Origin: Gemmatimonadota bacterium
GTDB lineage: Bacteria; Gemmatimonadota; Gemmatimonadetes; Gemmatimonadales; Gemmatimonadaceae
Assembly (NCBI GenBank): GCA_040389905.1
Contig: JAZJZK010000014.1
Location: forward strand, 128,001-192,000
Direction of reading: 5' to 3'
Length of the DNA: 64,000 nt
Within the stretch, counting starts at the first letter, position 1; each line of letters opens with the position of its first letter. Below the pieces are notes generated by a model that was not told the DNA's origin, did not search any database, and saw nothing but the letters and a program-made list of their open reading frames with translations. A program made the translations under genes and the position numbers. Of this stretch, positions 1-9,854 are shown piece after piece.

Positions 1-167
1 GTCGCACCGGATGACGCCGCGGTGTAGACGGTGAACGTGTTGTTGGGCACGGGCGCGGACACAGGCCCAAAGGTCAACGCCGCGGTGTTCGGATTCACGT
101 AGAGCTGAGCACCAGTCTGATCCGCGACGATCGTATACGCTCCTGCCGTGGTCACCGCGGCGCTCAT
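1..167 (-). CDS. N-terminus of a paralogue of the adjacent pentapeptide-repeat protein (runs off the window edge)
   Basis: ATG at 167 overlaps the upstream stop (ATGA). Translation MSAAVTTAGAYTIVADQTGAQLYVNPNTAALTFGPV aligns with AVADQGYGQLYVDPFTTVLSLGPV of the upstream ORF. Not in the ORF track. Confidence 0.75.
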   Translation of the reverse strand, partial: MSAAVTTAGAYTIVADQTGAQLYVNPNTAALTFGPVSAPVPNNTFTVYTAASSGA

Positions 168-2620
168 TTCGCACCCTTGGTCGTACTCGTGAACGGACCA
201 ACGTCGGACGCGGGCGTCATGACTTGATCCCAGCTGTTGGCGCCGATCGCGTCGTATTGATCGCCGTTCGGGCAGGTCGTCGTCGGCGTCATGGTCGCGG
301 GCAAAAGCCACTCCGAACTACCGGTCGTCGGAATCGAATAGACGGTCTGATTCGCGTTCGGTGATGCATACGCAGGGTAGGACACCCAGATGACGTTGCC
401 GTAGACCGTGTAGGTGGTGCCCGTCGGCGGTGCGAGGATGGTGAACGCGGTCCACTGGTTGCTGACCCCTGGCCCGGCGGGCGCGGGAAGCCCGGCGTTC
501 ACGTACCACTGCGCGTCCTTGGCGATGAGATTGACCATCGCCCCACTAACAGCGTAGTTGTAAGTGTTGAACGCGTTCGCCACGTCGCTGCCAACGGTGG
601 TCGGAGTGGCAGTGACGGTCGCCAGCGACTTCACGAGCGATGCGTCCACTGTAAACAACGGCGTCCCATAAATCGGCGGTGTGGCGCCTCCAGCCTCGAT
701 TGCCACGAACGCCGAGTCGAGATTCACGCCGTCGAACACCGCACCGGCAAACGACGTCCCGGTGAGGACGGCACTCTCGAACGAGACCGCAGCATCGCTG
801 AACGATGGGCTCAAGTCGAGACCCTGAAAGTTCGCGCTCGCCAGAAAGGCGGAGGCGAACGAGGCGCCGGAGACCGACGTCGCACCGGAGAGGTCCGGAT
901 AGTTCTGTACGCTCGAGGAGATCACGGCTCCGCTGAACTTTGCCTGCTCGAAGTCCGCGTTCTTCGCCGTGACGTTGTTACCCACCCAGATGGCGCCGAG
1001 AAAGCTCACCTGGGCGAAGCTCCCCTCGTCGAGCACCGCATCGGTCAGGAAGGCCCCGTCGAGGATTGCCGGTGTGCGGTTGTTGCTGATCACCACGAAC
1101 GTGGAATCCTTGACCTTGATCGTATAGGTGTCCTGGGCGCTCGCGCTGATCACCGTGACGAGCCATTGCGTGTCCTTCACCTGGGACACGACGGTGATGA
1201 GCGATGCGCCCGCGAACACCACACCCGCCTGCGTCATCTGCGTCTGCACATCTGCTGGCAGCGTGCCGCCGTCCAGGGTGGTGACATCATTGGTGGCGAT
1301 GGCGACGACGCAGATCTGCTGCTTCGCGCCGAGGTATGCGTCAACCCATGTGGTCTTCTGGAGATTCGCCTCGGTCAGGTGCGCACCGAACATCTGCGCG
1401 CTGCTGAAATCGGCGCCCTCGAGATTCGCCGCGTGCAACGACGTGCCGATGAGCTGCGCGTAGGCGAAGCTGATGGCCCCGTCGCTCGTCGTCGTGGTTT
1501 GGAGCGTATCCGCGTTGGCGCCATTCAACTTCGTGTAACTCGCGTCGAGGTTCGTGATGACCTGGTCGGCGACGATTGTGGCATTCGTGAGGTCGAGGTA
1601 CGACCACTGCCCTCCGAGCGTGGACGCATTGAGTGTGGCACCCACGAACGACGCCGCGGTACTCGCACTCCCGGGTCCGAACGCTTGGGTACCGTCACTG
1701 AGCACGCCGCCTGTGGGCATCGTTACCTTCGTCCAATCGACGCCGTTGAGCGTCGCGCCGACGAATCTGGCATTGTGCAGGTCCAGGCCGGCAACCTTTG
1801 CGTTCGTCAGGTTGCATCGCGAGAAGTCCACGCTCGGCGACAGTTTTACCTGCGTGAGGTCGCAGCCCGTGAGATCGGCACCGGTGAACTTTGCGCTGGT
1901 GAGATCGACTCCGACCGGAAAGACGACGCCGGCCATTCTTGCATTGGTAAAGTCGATCGCTGAACCGAGTGTAAACTTCGAGAGATCCTGCCCGGTGACG
2001 TTGCCGTTTGCGTCGGTCCAACTCAGGATCGCCCCGGCGAGCGAGGCATCCTGCAGCACCGTGGCCGGCGGCGCGATCGGGGGGCCGAGGAGCGAAAAGT
2101 CGACGTTGCGGAGATCGGCGTTCGCCCACCCCTCCTCTCCGCTCGCGAGGAGTGTCGTCAAACTCGGCGTCACGAACGTGACCGAGAACGTCACCGACGG
2201 ATTCGATCCGTCCGTTGTCGGCGTGTAGAGGAAGACCTCATCCGTCACCGCGTCGAAGCCGTTGAAGCCGCTGGTGGTGCCGGAGAGCGGAACCTGACCG
2301 GCGGTGCAGAAACTCGCGAAGGGGGTCTCGGTGCTCGCGGTCGGACCGTTCGCAAGAATCGCCTTGGTTGCCGAGTCCGTCCCCAGATACCCGGTTACGC
2401 CAGCGATGCAGAGGATGTACACCGTAAACGAGTCGCCTTCGAGACTCGACGGCACCGCGGCCACGTTGAACGCAAAGGCGCCGCTTCCGTCGCTCGGCGG
2501 CGACTTCTGAACAGGTCCGAGGCTCAAAACCGTCGTAAACGGATCGACGTAGAGCTGCCCGTAACCCTGATCGGCCACCGCGGTGACCTTGCCTCCAAAG
2601 ATGAACGGCGGGTTGGTCAT
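164..2620 (-). CDS. Large pentapeptide-repeat protein with inserted non-repeat domains (~818 aa)
   Basis: Many A(D/N)L/FxxA pentapeptides (AKFTGADLTGCDLT, ANLEGADFSSAQMFGAHLTEANL). Start placed at ATG 2620 with a GGAGAGG RBS. Confidence 0.85.
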   Translation of the reverse strand: MTNPPFIFGGKVTAVADQGYGQLYVDPFTTVLSLGPVQKSPPSDGSGAFAFNVAAVPSSLEGDSFTVYILCIAGVTGYLGTDSATKAILANGPTASTETPFASFCTAGQVPLSGTTSGFNGFDAVTDEVFLYTPTTDGSNPSVTFSVTFVTPSLTTLLASGEEGWANADLRNVDFSLLGPPIAPPATVLQDASLAGAILSWTDANGNVTGQDLSKFTLGSAIDFTNARMAGVVFPVGVDLTSAKFTGADLTGCDLTQVKLSPSVDFSRCNLTNAKVAGLDLHNARFVGATLNGVDWTKVTMPTGGVLSDGTQAFGPGSASTAASFVGATLNASTLGGQWSYLDLTNATIVADQVITNLDASYTKLNGANADTLQTTTTSDGAISFAYAQLIGTSLHAANLEGADFSSAQMFGAHLTEANLQKTTWVDAYLGAKQQICVVAIATNDVTTLDGGTLPADVQTQMTQAGVVFAGASLITVVSQVKDTQWLVTVISASAQDTYTIKVKDSTFVVISNNRTPAILDGAFLTDAVLDEGSFAQVSFLGAIWVGNNVTAKNADFEQAKFSGAVISSSVQNYPDLSGATSVSGASFASAFLASANFQGLDLSPSFSDAAVSFESAVLTGTSFAGAVFDGVNLDSAFVAIEAGGATPPIYGTPLFTVDASLVKSLATVTATPTTVGSDVANAFNTYNYAVSGAMVNLIAKDAQWYVNAGLPAPAGPGVSNQWTAFTILAPPTGTTYTVYGNVIWVSYPAYASPNANQTVYSIPTTGSSEWLLPATMTPTTTCPNGDQYDAIGANSWDQVMTPASDVGPFTSTTKGAK

Positions 2621-2724
2621 ACACCTCTCCCTGAGGATGCATCTCAACCGAAGCGCCGTCGCCGCGAGTCGTGCCAATGTGTGCTGTCGAGTCCGGCTTG
2701 TCCATGGTGCACATGCGTGATTGC

Positions 2725-2755
2725 AAAACGCCGCACGCGAGAAGCGTGCGGCGTT
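2725..2755 (-). terminator. Intrinsic terminator-like hairpin upstream of the pentapeptide operon
   Basis: 12-bp stem AACGCCGCACGC/GCGTGCGGCGTT, 5-nt loop, ending in TTTT on the minus strand. Confidence 0.6.
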
Positions 2756-2990
2756 CTGGTTTCTTTAGAGCGGGATTGCCCCGCTCAAGAAAGGCTGGTC
2801 TTCCACTCGGGGTTGCTCAGGCGAAGACCGCGTCCGGGAGCGCCTTCAGGGCACCGGTGCGAGAGAATCCCGGTGGGAAGCACGTACGGAGCGGCGAAGC
2901 CGGCCATGCCCGCCGCGAAGGACACACCGGCAGAAAGTGCAAGAGAGAATTCCAGATGGGCGCGGTGTTGCTGAGTGGTTGGCCGCAGCA

Positions 2991-3025
2991 GAAACACCCG
3001 GCAGCGCCAAATTGCCGGGTGTTTC
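2991..3025 (-). terminator. Hairpin downstream of the CBS gene
   Basis: Perfect 13-bp stem GAAACACCCGGCA/TGCCGGGTGTTTC about 40 nt after the stop. Confidence 0.6.
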
Positions 3026-3062
3026 ATCCATCCGTCATGCATCAGCTCGGACGGGTCGGTTT

Positions 3063-3551
3063 CTAGGTCCGCGCGGCCGGCTCGGCGCTCGCGGGCGGCG
3101 CGCTCGATGAGTTACTGGCTTGCTGCGGCTCGGAGATACGCTCGACGACAATCCCCACTTCGCGATCGCTGAGTTGGGAACCCGTCTGCGCCGCTCGCGC
3201 CAGATCAGCCTGCGAGACGATACCCACGCAGCACCCACTCGCATCCACGATCACCACTCGCCGGATCTGCTTCTCCGACATGGTTCGGGAGACTTCGTCT
3301 ACGTCTTCATTGGGGGAGCAGCAGCACGGGCTCGCCGTCAGCACTTCGGACACTTTGGTATCGGCGGACTTGCCTTCGGCCACGGCGCGAATGGCGAGGT
3401 CGCGATCGGTGACGATGCCCACGACGCGGTCATCTTGCACGACCGGTACGGCGCCACAGTCGCACGCACGCATGATCTGCGCGACCTCACGGAGCGAGTC
3501 GGTCGGAGCGCAACACGTTGGGCTCGCGGTCATGATCTCACTGACTTTCAT
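3063..3551 (-). CDS. CBS domain-pair protein
   Basis: MKVSEIMT...GAVPVV...VGIVTDRDL...IRRVVIVD...[18 protein letters not shown] before ATG 3551. Confidence 0.92.
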   Translation of the reverse strand: MKVSEIMTASPTCCAPTDSLREVAQIMRACDCGAVPVVQDDRVVGIVTDRDLAIRAVAEGKSADTKVSEVLTASPCCCSPNEDVDEVSRTMSEKQIRRVVIVDASGCCVGIVSQADLARAAQTGSQLSDREVGIVVERISEPQQASNSSSAPPASAEPAART

Positions 3552-3857
3552 AGCGGATTCTCCTCGGGTGATCGGGACGTCGATACCCGTCTCAGGCGAA
3601 TCCCGTACCATCCAGCCGCGCATCTGCAGATCCATCGGCTGCGCTCGCGATGGCGCGAGTGGATCGGTCGTCGGCGGGTATCAGCATTTCAGGTGCTCGT
3701 CCGGCGGGCTTCATTCCAAAATTGGAATGAAGGTCGAGCTCCCGCTGATGGCTCACCTTCGAGCTCACGCTCGAGCTCACCTGAGTTGCGGGGGCGCGCC
3801 GTATGCAAAGTCCGCTGTTGGCTGGCGTACCGTGCCGGCCCCCTTCGAGATCGTGCT

Positions 3858-5201
3858 ATGGAAATAAAAGCGCCTTGGAAACCCGCCCGCGCGCGCGTTA
3901 CCCTCGCGGTCGCTGCGTATTCGTTGGTGCTCGGTTGCGGCGAGACCGCCCGCCTCCCACTGTCTGCTGGGTTCGGCCCTCGGCCCACGCTTCCCCCGCC
4001 GAACAAGACGTTGATCCCGACCGTCAAGGTTGCTGACGCCAGGGGTTGGTCTTCCGGTGCGCGGCCCACGGCCGCCGCGGGGACGACGGTGAGTGCGTTT
4101 GCGACCGGCCTCGACCACCCGCGCTTTCTCTTCGTCCTCCCGAACGGCGACGTGCTCGTCGCGGAGACGAACGCGCCGCCCAAGCCTGACGACAACCAGG
4201 GCATCAAGGGTTGGTTCTTCAAGCGGTTCCAGAAGAAGGCGGGAGCGGCAGTGCCCAGCGCGAATCGCATTACGCTGTTGCGGGACCGCGACGGCGATGG
4301 CGTCGCCGAAACTCGCGCCGTGTTCCTGTCGGGGCTCAATTCGCCCTATGGTATCGCGTTGATCGGACAGGAGCTGTATGTCGCCAACAGCGATGCACTC
4401 GTCCGCTATCCATATACGGAAGGCGCAACGACGATCGCGGCGGCTGGTGCGACGGTCGTCGCCTTGCCTGCCGGACGTCTCAACCATCACTGGACGAAGA
4501 CCGTCGTCGCGTCGCGAGACGGATCGAAGCTCTTCGTCAGCGTCGGCAGCAACAGCAACGTCGCCGAAAACGGCATGGCCGCGGAGAAAGGCCGTGCGGC
4601 AATCTGGGAGGTCGATCCAAAGACCGGAGCCCACCGGATCTATGCGTCCGGTTTGCGGAACGCGGTCGGACTCGCCATCGAGCCAGAGACCGGGGTGCTC
4701 TGGGCGTCGGTCAATGAACGTGATGAGTTGGGAAGCGATCTGGTTCCCGACTACCTCACCTCGGTGCGCGACAGCGCGTTTTTCGGCTGGCCCTACAGTT
4801 ACTTCGGTCAGCATGTGGACGATCGGGTGAAGCCGCAGCGCCCCGACCTGGTCGCCACGGCGATCACGCCGGACTATGGGCTCGGTACCCACACCGGCTC
4901 ACTGGGCCTTGCGTCGTCTCGTGGCTCGACGCTTGGCGCACAGTTCGCCAACGGCATGTTCGTCGGACAACACGGCTCGTGGAATCGGAACCCGCGCAGC
5001 GGCTACGCCGTCATCTTCGTTCCATTTGCGCACGGGACAACTGCTGGTTCTCCGATCGATGTGCTCACCGATTTCCTGGATGAGAAAGGCAACACACGCG
5101 GCCGGCCGGTTGGCGTCGCGGTGGACAAGCGCGGCGCACTCCTCGTTGCGGACGATGTCGGGAACACCGTGTGGCGTGTGAGCGCGGCTGCGTCGCCGTA
5201 A
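3858..5201 (+). CDS. L-sorbosone dehydrogenase family (PQQ-type sugar dehydrogenase, beta-propeller), probable lipoprotein
   Basis: Motifs [57 protein letters not shown]. Lipobox-like VLGC. Confidence 0.9.
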   Translation: MEIKAPWKPARARVTLAVAAYSLVLGCGETARLPLSAGFGPRPTLPPPNKTLIPTVKVADARGWSSGARPTAAAGTTVSAFATGLDHPRFLFVLPNGDVLVAETNAPPKPDDNQGIKGWFFKRFQKKAGAAVPSANRITLLRDRDGDGVAETRAVFLSGLNSPYGIALIGQELYVANSDALVRYPYTEGATTIAAAGATVVALPAGRLNHHWTKTVVASRDGSKLFVSVGSNSNVAENGMAAEKGRAAIWEVDPKTGAHRIYASGLRNAVGLAIEPETGVLWASVNERDELGSDLVPDYLTSVRDSAFFGWPYSYFGQHVDDRVKPQRPDLVATAITPDYGLGTHTGSLGLASSRGSTLGAQFANGMFVGQHGSWNRNPRSGYAVIFVPFAHGTTAGSPIDVLTDFLDEKGNTRGRPVGVAVDKRGALLVADDVGNTVWRVSAAASP

Positions 5202-5289
5202 GCGGCACGCGTACGCCACGCATCGACGGGAACGCCTCCGTGCCGTACAATTCGCGACCTGCAATCGCGCGTCTTCTGGAGGGTTCCCC

Positions 5290-6822
5290 ATGCGTTCATA
5301 CTGCCTGAGCCGCCTGATCACCGTCGCCGCCGCGGTGGCGTTCATCTCTCCGCGAGCGGGGCACGCGCAGACGGGCCCTCTGCGCTTGCCGGCGGACAAG
5401 GCGGTCAACGTCAATCCCGATGCGCATCTGGTGCTCACCTTCCCTGCGCCGCCCGCGATCGGCAAGTCCGGCAAGATCCGAGTCTTTGACGCAGCCGATC
5501 ACCGGCTGGTCGACTCGCTGGACCTCAGCATTCCGGCCGGTCCCGACCCCGCGCGCCGAGTCGCCGTGACGGCCGCGAATGGCATTCCGCTCGATTCCGC
5601 GATCCCCACGTCGCCGAGGACTACGACGCCGGCGGTGCGATTCACCCCCGCGGACATTCACAACTATCAGGTCACGACCATCGGCGGACTGTCCGACTTT
5701 CACTTCTATCCCATCATCGTCCGCGGCAACACAGCCACGATCTCGCTGCACAACAACGTCCTTCGGTACAACCGCAAGTACATCGTGCAGATCGATCCGG
5801 GGGTGCTCGTGCCTTCCGCAGGCACCTTTGACGGCTATGCGACCGACAAGGCGTGGACCTTCTCCACCAAGGCGGCCCCGCCGCGCGCTGATGTCGCGCG
5901 CGTGGTTGTCGCTGATGACGGCAGCGGTGACTTCAACACCGTGCAAGGCGCGGCCGATTTCGTTCCGGACAATCCCGCTCGGCGCGTCACCATCTTCATC
6001 AAGAACGGCACGTACGAGGAAATTGTCTTCATTCGCAACAAGAAGAACCTCACAATTCGCGGTGAAGACCGCGACAAAGTGCAGGTCGGATACGCGAACA
6101 ACAGCGGATTCAACCCGCCGCAACCGGGCCCGAACCGGCGCTGCGCATTCACGATCTACGAGTCGACGGATATCCAGCTCGAGAATTTCTCGGTGAGCAA
6201 TTACGCCTACGGTCAGGCCGAGGGGCTGCTCATCTCCGGGTCGAGAAACATCGTCAGCAACGTGACCATCAAGGGGTCTGGCGATGCGCTGAACACGCGC
6301 GGATCCGTTTACCTGACCGACTGCAAGATCATCGGTGACGGCGACACGATCCTCGGCGTCGGTCCCGCGTTCTTCAACAACTGCGAGATTCAGTCGCTCG
6401 GACCGTTCATGTGGATCCGCAACACCGACGAGAATCACGGTAACGTGTTCGTCAACTCCACGTTCATTGCGCGTGAGCGAGCCGCTCCGGCAACACCGCC
6501 GCCGGCACTGACGCCATCCGGGAGTGTGTTCGCTCGGCTGCCGAACAACAACGGGATCAACTACCCGTACGCCGAGGCGGTGTTGATCAACTGTCGGTTG
6601 AAGGGTATTCCCGCAATCGGTTGGGGCCCCATCGGCGCGGAGGTCACAAACGCGAAGCTATGGGAGTTCAACAGTACCGACATGGACAGGAAGCCTGTTG
6701 ACACGACGCAGCGGCACCCTGTGTCCAAGCAGCTCACGATGGCGGCGGATGCGCAGACGATCGCGAATTACAGCAATCCGGCGTACGTGCTCGGCGGATG
6801 GACGCCGGTGATCGTCAAGTAG
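5290..6822 (+). CDS. Secreted pectinesterase-family (CE8-like) protein with N-terminal Ig-like domain
   Basis: Signal peptide; VVADDGSGDFNTVQGA, IFIKNGTYEEIV; beta-helix C-terminus; ends VLGGWTP. Confidence 0.85.
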   Translation: MRSYCLSRLITVAAAVAFISPRAGHAQTGPLRLPADKAVNVNPDAHLVLTFPAPPAIGKSGKIRVFDAADHRLVDSLDLSIPAGPDPARRVAVTAANGIPLDSAIPTSPRTTTPAVRFTPADIHNYQVTTIGGLSDFHFYPIIVRGNTATISLHNNVLRYNRKYIVQIDPGVLVPSAGTFDGYATDKAWTFSTKAAPPRADVARVVVADDGSGDFNTVQGAADFVPDNPARRVTIFIKNGTYEEIVFIRNKKNLTIRGEDRDKVQVGYANNSGFNPPQPGPNRRCAFTIYESTDIQLENFSVSNYAYGQAEGLLISGSRNIVSNVTIKGSGDALNTRGSVYLTDCKIIGDGDTILGVGPAFFNNCEIQSLGPFMWIRNTDENHGNVFVNSTFIARERAAPATPPPALTPSGSVFARLPNNNGINYPYAEAVLINCRLKGIPAIGWGPIGAEVTNAKLWEFNSTDMDRKPVDTTQRHPVSKQLTMAADAQTIANYSNPAYVLGGWTPVIVK

Positions 6823-6832
6823 GCGGCGGTCA

Positions 6833-8746
6833 TCACGCGCTCGTCGGCGTGCCGTGCGCACGAGCAGCATCGCGGAGCATCTCGACGACGCGAAGGATGA
6901 GGGTACGCGATTCGTCGGCGCGAAAGAGGACGTCGATACCCCAGCGCATGGCGAATCCCGAAATCGGCACGGTCGCGGTTCCCGGGGGCGGATCGTCACG
7001 CTGGGACTGGAAGCCCAGCGCCCAGCCGCGGCCGTCGGCGACCATTGCCCAGATCGTCTTCAGTCCGCCGAACGTCTGATCGACGCGTGGCCGGAACCCG
7101 TGACGCTCGAACGTCGAGAAGAGCTGGTCATGCAGGCCCGGTTGAAACGCCCGGTTCGCGAACAGGAACGGAATGTCGATGAGATCGGCGAAGTCGATCG
7201 ATGCACGCCTGGCAAGGGGACTGTGCGCGCTCACCAGTGCGCGGTTGACGACATCATCAGTCAGCCGCTCGCGACGGAGACCGCGCTCTGCAACGGGGGA
7301 GAGTGGTGTCGCGTGGCATAGCCCCACGTCCACGCGCGCCGCACGAAGCTCGGCTGGCTGCTCGGGGGTATGGAATTCCTCGAGTGTCACCTCGACCGTC
7401 GGCATCTCGTCCAGGCACCGGCGCAATAACGCGGTCACGAGGATTCTGGCATGCGTCGTGGGAACTGCGGCAATCACGCAGCGCGAGATGCCGCGACGCG
7501 CGCGATGTGCTTCGGAGTGGAGCGCCGCCGCACCGTGAAGAATGCGCCGCGCACTCCGGTAAAACGACTCGCCTGCCGGGGTGGTGGTTGCCCCGCGCGC
7601 GCCGCGTTGCAGCAGCTCGAGACCGACAACGTGCTCGAGATCGCGAATCTGGCGCGAGAGTGCTGGCTGGGTCAGCTCGAGCAGCTTGGCGGCACGGCCG
7701 AAGCTTCGCGCTTCCACCACGGCGCAATAGTAGCGGAGGTGTCGCAGTTCGATCGCCTGTCCCTGCAGGATCGGTCCGTTCGGCGTGCCGCTTGCGGGTA
7801 TTGTCTCGGGCGGTGCGATTGCGGCAACGGTGACATTGCCGGCGCGCGTTCGCTCCTCCTCGAACTGCCGCCGGATGGCGTCGAGCACGGTGTGCACGAC
7901 GGGGCGCCGTTCGTCGCGTCTCCACACCATGGCGTGTGCGAGTGGCACCTTGAAATCGGTGAGCGCAACGATCGTCGAGTCGGAAGGGGCCAACCCAGTC
8001 GTCTTGCCGGGAAAGAGCGTCCATCCTTGGCCAGCACTGACCAACGACGAGACCTGCGATACCTGCTCGCATTCGCGCTTGATCGTGGGCTGGAACCCGA
8101 TTCGCGCAAACTCGGTGCGCAGTTGTCGTGTGAATTCCGGAGCAAGGCCGGCCTTCCAGAAAAGGAACGGCTCCTTGCTCAGCTCGAAGATGCTGACCGT
8201 TCGGCGCACCGCGAGCGGATGCGCCTTCGACACCTTGATCGAATCGAAGATGTCGTAGTTCATCGTTTCCGATACCAAATCCGTGTACTCGTGCGAGATC
8301 GGCAAGCCGAGGCCGATATCTGCCTCGAGCAGCTGAAGCGCCTTCCATTGGCGAGGACCGATGGCCTCTGTCACGGACAGCTCGATGCCGGGATACTGCG
8401 AACGAACACGTGCGACGACTCGTGCAATGAGTCCGGACGAGAGAGCGCGCGCGCCGACACAGATGACACAACGACCGACGACGCCGCGACTCGATCCCTT
8501 GGCGAGTGCAATTGCCGACTCGAGGCGGGTGAGTATGCGGCGCGCGGCGGTGAGGCACACGTCACCGGCCGGTGTCAATTCCATGCCCCTGGCGCCGCGC
8601 GCAAACAGCTCCAGGCCGATCTCACGTTCGAGATCGTGGATCTGGCGTGTCAGTGCCGGCTGCGCGATGCGCAGCCGTTGTGCGGCTCCCACCACCGTTG
8701 ACTCCTCGGCAACGGCGATAAAGTAGCGAAGGTGTCGCAGTTCCAT
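6833..8746 (-). CDS. Tandem (double) LysR-family transcriptional regulator
   Basis: Two complete LysR units: MELRHLRYF...QPALTRQIHDLE and IELRHLRYY...QPALSRQIRDLE, each followed by a substrate-binding domain. Confidence 0.9.
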   Translation of the reverse strand: MELRHLRYFIAVAEESTVVGAAQRLRIAQPALTRQIHDLEREIGLELFARGARGMELTPAGDVCLTAARRILTRLESAIALAKGSSRGVVGRCVICVGARALSSGLIARVVARVRSQYPGIELSVTEAIGPRQWKALQLLEADIGLGLPISHEYTDLVSETMNYDIFDSIKVSKAHPLAVRRTVSIFELSKEPFLFWKAGLAPEFTRQLRTEFARIGFQPTIKRECEQVSQVSSLVSAGQGWTLFPGKTTGLAPSDSTIVALTDFKVPLAHAMVWRRDERRPVVHTVLDAIRRQFEEERTRAGNVTVAAIAPPETIPASGTPNGPILQGQAIELRHLRYYCAVVEARSFGRAAKLLELTQPALSRQIRDLEHVVGLELLQRGARGATTTPAGESFYRSARRILHGAAALHSEAHRARRGISRCVIAAVPTTHARILVTALLRRCLDEMPTVEVTLEEFHTPEQPAELRAARVDVGLCHATPLSPVAERGLRRERLTDDVVNRALVSAHSPLARRASIDFADLIDIPFLFANRAFQPGLHDQLFSTFERHGFRPRVDQTFGGLKTIWAMVADGRGWALGFQSQRDDPPPGTATVPISGFAMRWGIDVLFRADESRTLILRVVEMLRDAARAHGTPTSA

Positions 8747-8782
8747 GATCGAAGACGAGGTAGCGTGATGATCGATGCGCGT

Positions 8783-8860
8783 TGTAAGGCGGCGACGCCT
8801 CGAATGGTTCCAATCGGTGGCGGCGGCCGTTGGAACCATTTCACACGGTTTGGCATTACA
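8783..8860. promoter_or_regulatory. Back-to-back ECF-type promoters GGAACC-N16-C(A/C)TTACA
   Basis: Plus strand: GGAACC 8832-8837, CATTACA 8854-8860. Minus strand: GGAACC 8811-8806, CCTTACA 8789-8783. Spacing is identical. Confidence 0.65.
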
Positions 8861-8888
8861 GCCCTCGACCACAGATCACGAGGCCCTC

Positions 8889-9602
8889 ATGGTTGCTGCC
8901 TGCTCCGCGCCGATGATCGACGACACCGTGCAATCGGCGTGGCAGATTGACCACGTGCCTGTCGCCGTTGACGACGAGTCAACGCACGCGGACATTGCTG
9001 GCGTGCCCGACATGTCAGACGCCGCTGACTTCAATACCCAACTGCGCGCGGTACTCCCGCCGGCCTACGGATACGCGCTACGCCTCACGCGCAACCGCGA
9101 CGATGCGGAGGATCTCGTTCAGGAGGCCGCGTTGCTCGCCTGTCGCGCGGCGCACACGTTCGAGGCCGGCACGAACTTCAAGGCGTGGTACTTCCGCATT
9201 CTTGTTCGCTGCTTCTATGCTCGGCATCGCATCGCGCAGCGTCGCCCGGAAACCGTCGAGCTGGACGACACGCCCGACCTCCAACTGTACCAGAATTTCA
9301 TGCGGAGCGGCCTCCGGTCTTCAGGCGATGATCCGGCCAGCATTTTGCTCGACCGCCTGGGCATCGAACAAGTGGTCGACGCCATTCGCGTATTGCCTAC
9401 GGAGTACGGTGTCGTGTGCAGCTTCTATTTCATGGAAGACTTCACCTACCGTGAGATCGCCGACGTGCTCGAGGTGCCGGTTGGTACCGTGCGGTCGCGG
9501 TTACATCGCGGCCGGAAGATGTTGCAGAAAGCGCTGTGGCAGATCGCTCAGGACGCGGGTGTCATCGGGGCCCTCACTCATACGCAGGAGCCGCACGCAT
9601 GA
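8889..9602 (+). CDS. ECF sigma-70 factor (SigH/SigR-like)
   Basis: ALRLTRNRDDAEDLVQE, GTNFKAW, YREIADVLEVPVGTVRSRLHRGRKML. Start uncertain (8889, 8913 or 9012). Confidence 0.92.
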   Translation: MVAACSAPMIDDTVQSAWQIDHVPVAVDDESTHADIAGVPDMSDAADFNTQLRAVLPPAYGYALRLTRNRDDAEDLVQEAALLACRAAHTFEAGTNFKAWYFRILVRCFYARHRIAQRRPETVELDDTPDLQLYQNFMRSGLRSSGDDPASILLDRLGIEQVVDAIRVLPTEYGVVCSFYFMEDFTYREIADVLEVPVGTVRSRLHRGRKMLQKALWQIAQDAGVIGALTHTQEPHA

Positions 9603-9841
9603 AGTACCCAGACCGATTCACCTGCGAAGAGGCGTTCCGCCGTCTCGACGACTATCTCGACCGAGAGCTCGGCGTCTCCGAAATGGCGCGTGTGCGGGAC
9701 CATCTCGACACCTGCGCCGCGTGCGCCCGTGAGTTCACCTTCGAGGCCAGTGTGCTCGAAGGACTGAAGACGAAGATTCGCAAGATCGACATGCCCCCCG
9801 AGGTCCTCGCTCGCATTACCGCCGCAATCGACGCGGCCTAG
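9599..9841 (+). CDS. Zinc-binding anti-sigma factor (zf-HC2, RsrA/RshA-like)
   Basis: CEEAFRRLDDYLDREL...HLDTCAAC (HxxxCxxC). ATGA overlap with the sigma stop. Confidence 0.9.
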   Translation: MKYPDRFTCEEAFRRLDDYLDRELGVSEMARVRDHLDTCAACAREFTFEASVLEGLKTKIRKIDMPPEVLARITAAIDAA

Positions 9842-9854
9842 CGGAAGCGGCCAC

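Noticed and set aside
3120..3857. Long N-terminal extension of the sugar dehydrogenase ORF
   Set aside because: It overlaps the CBS gene antisense; family-like sequence starts only near ATG 3858.
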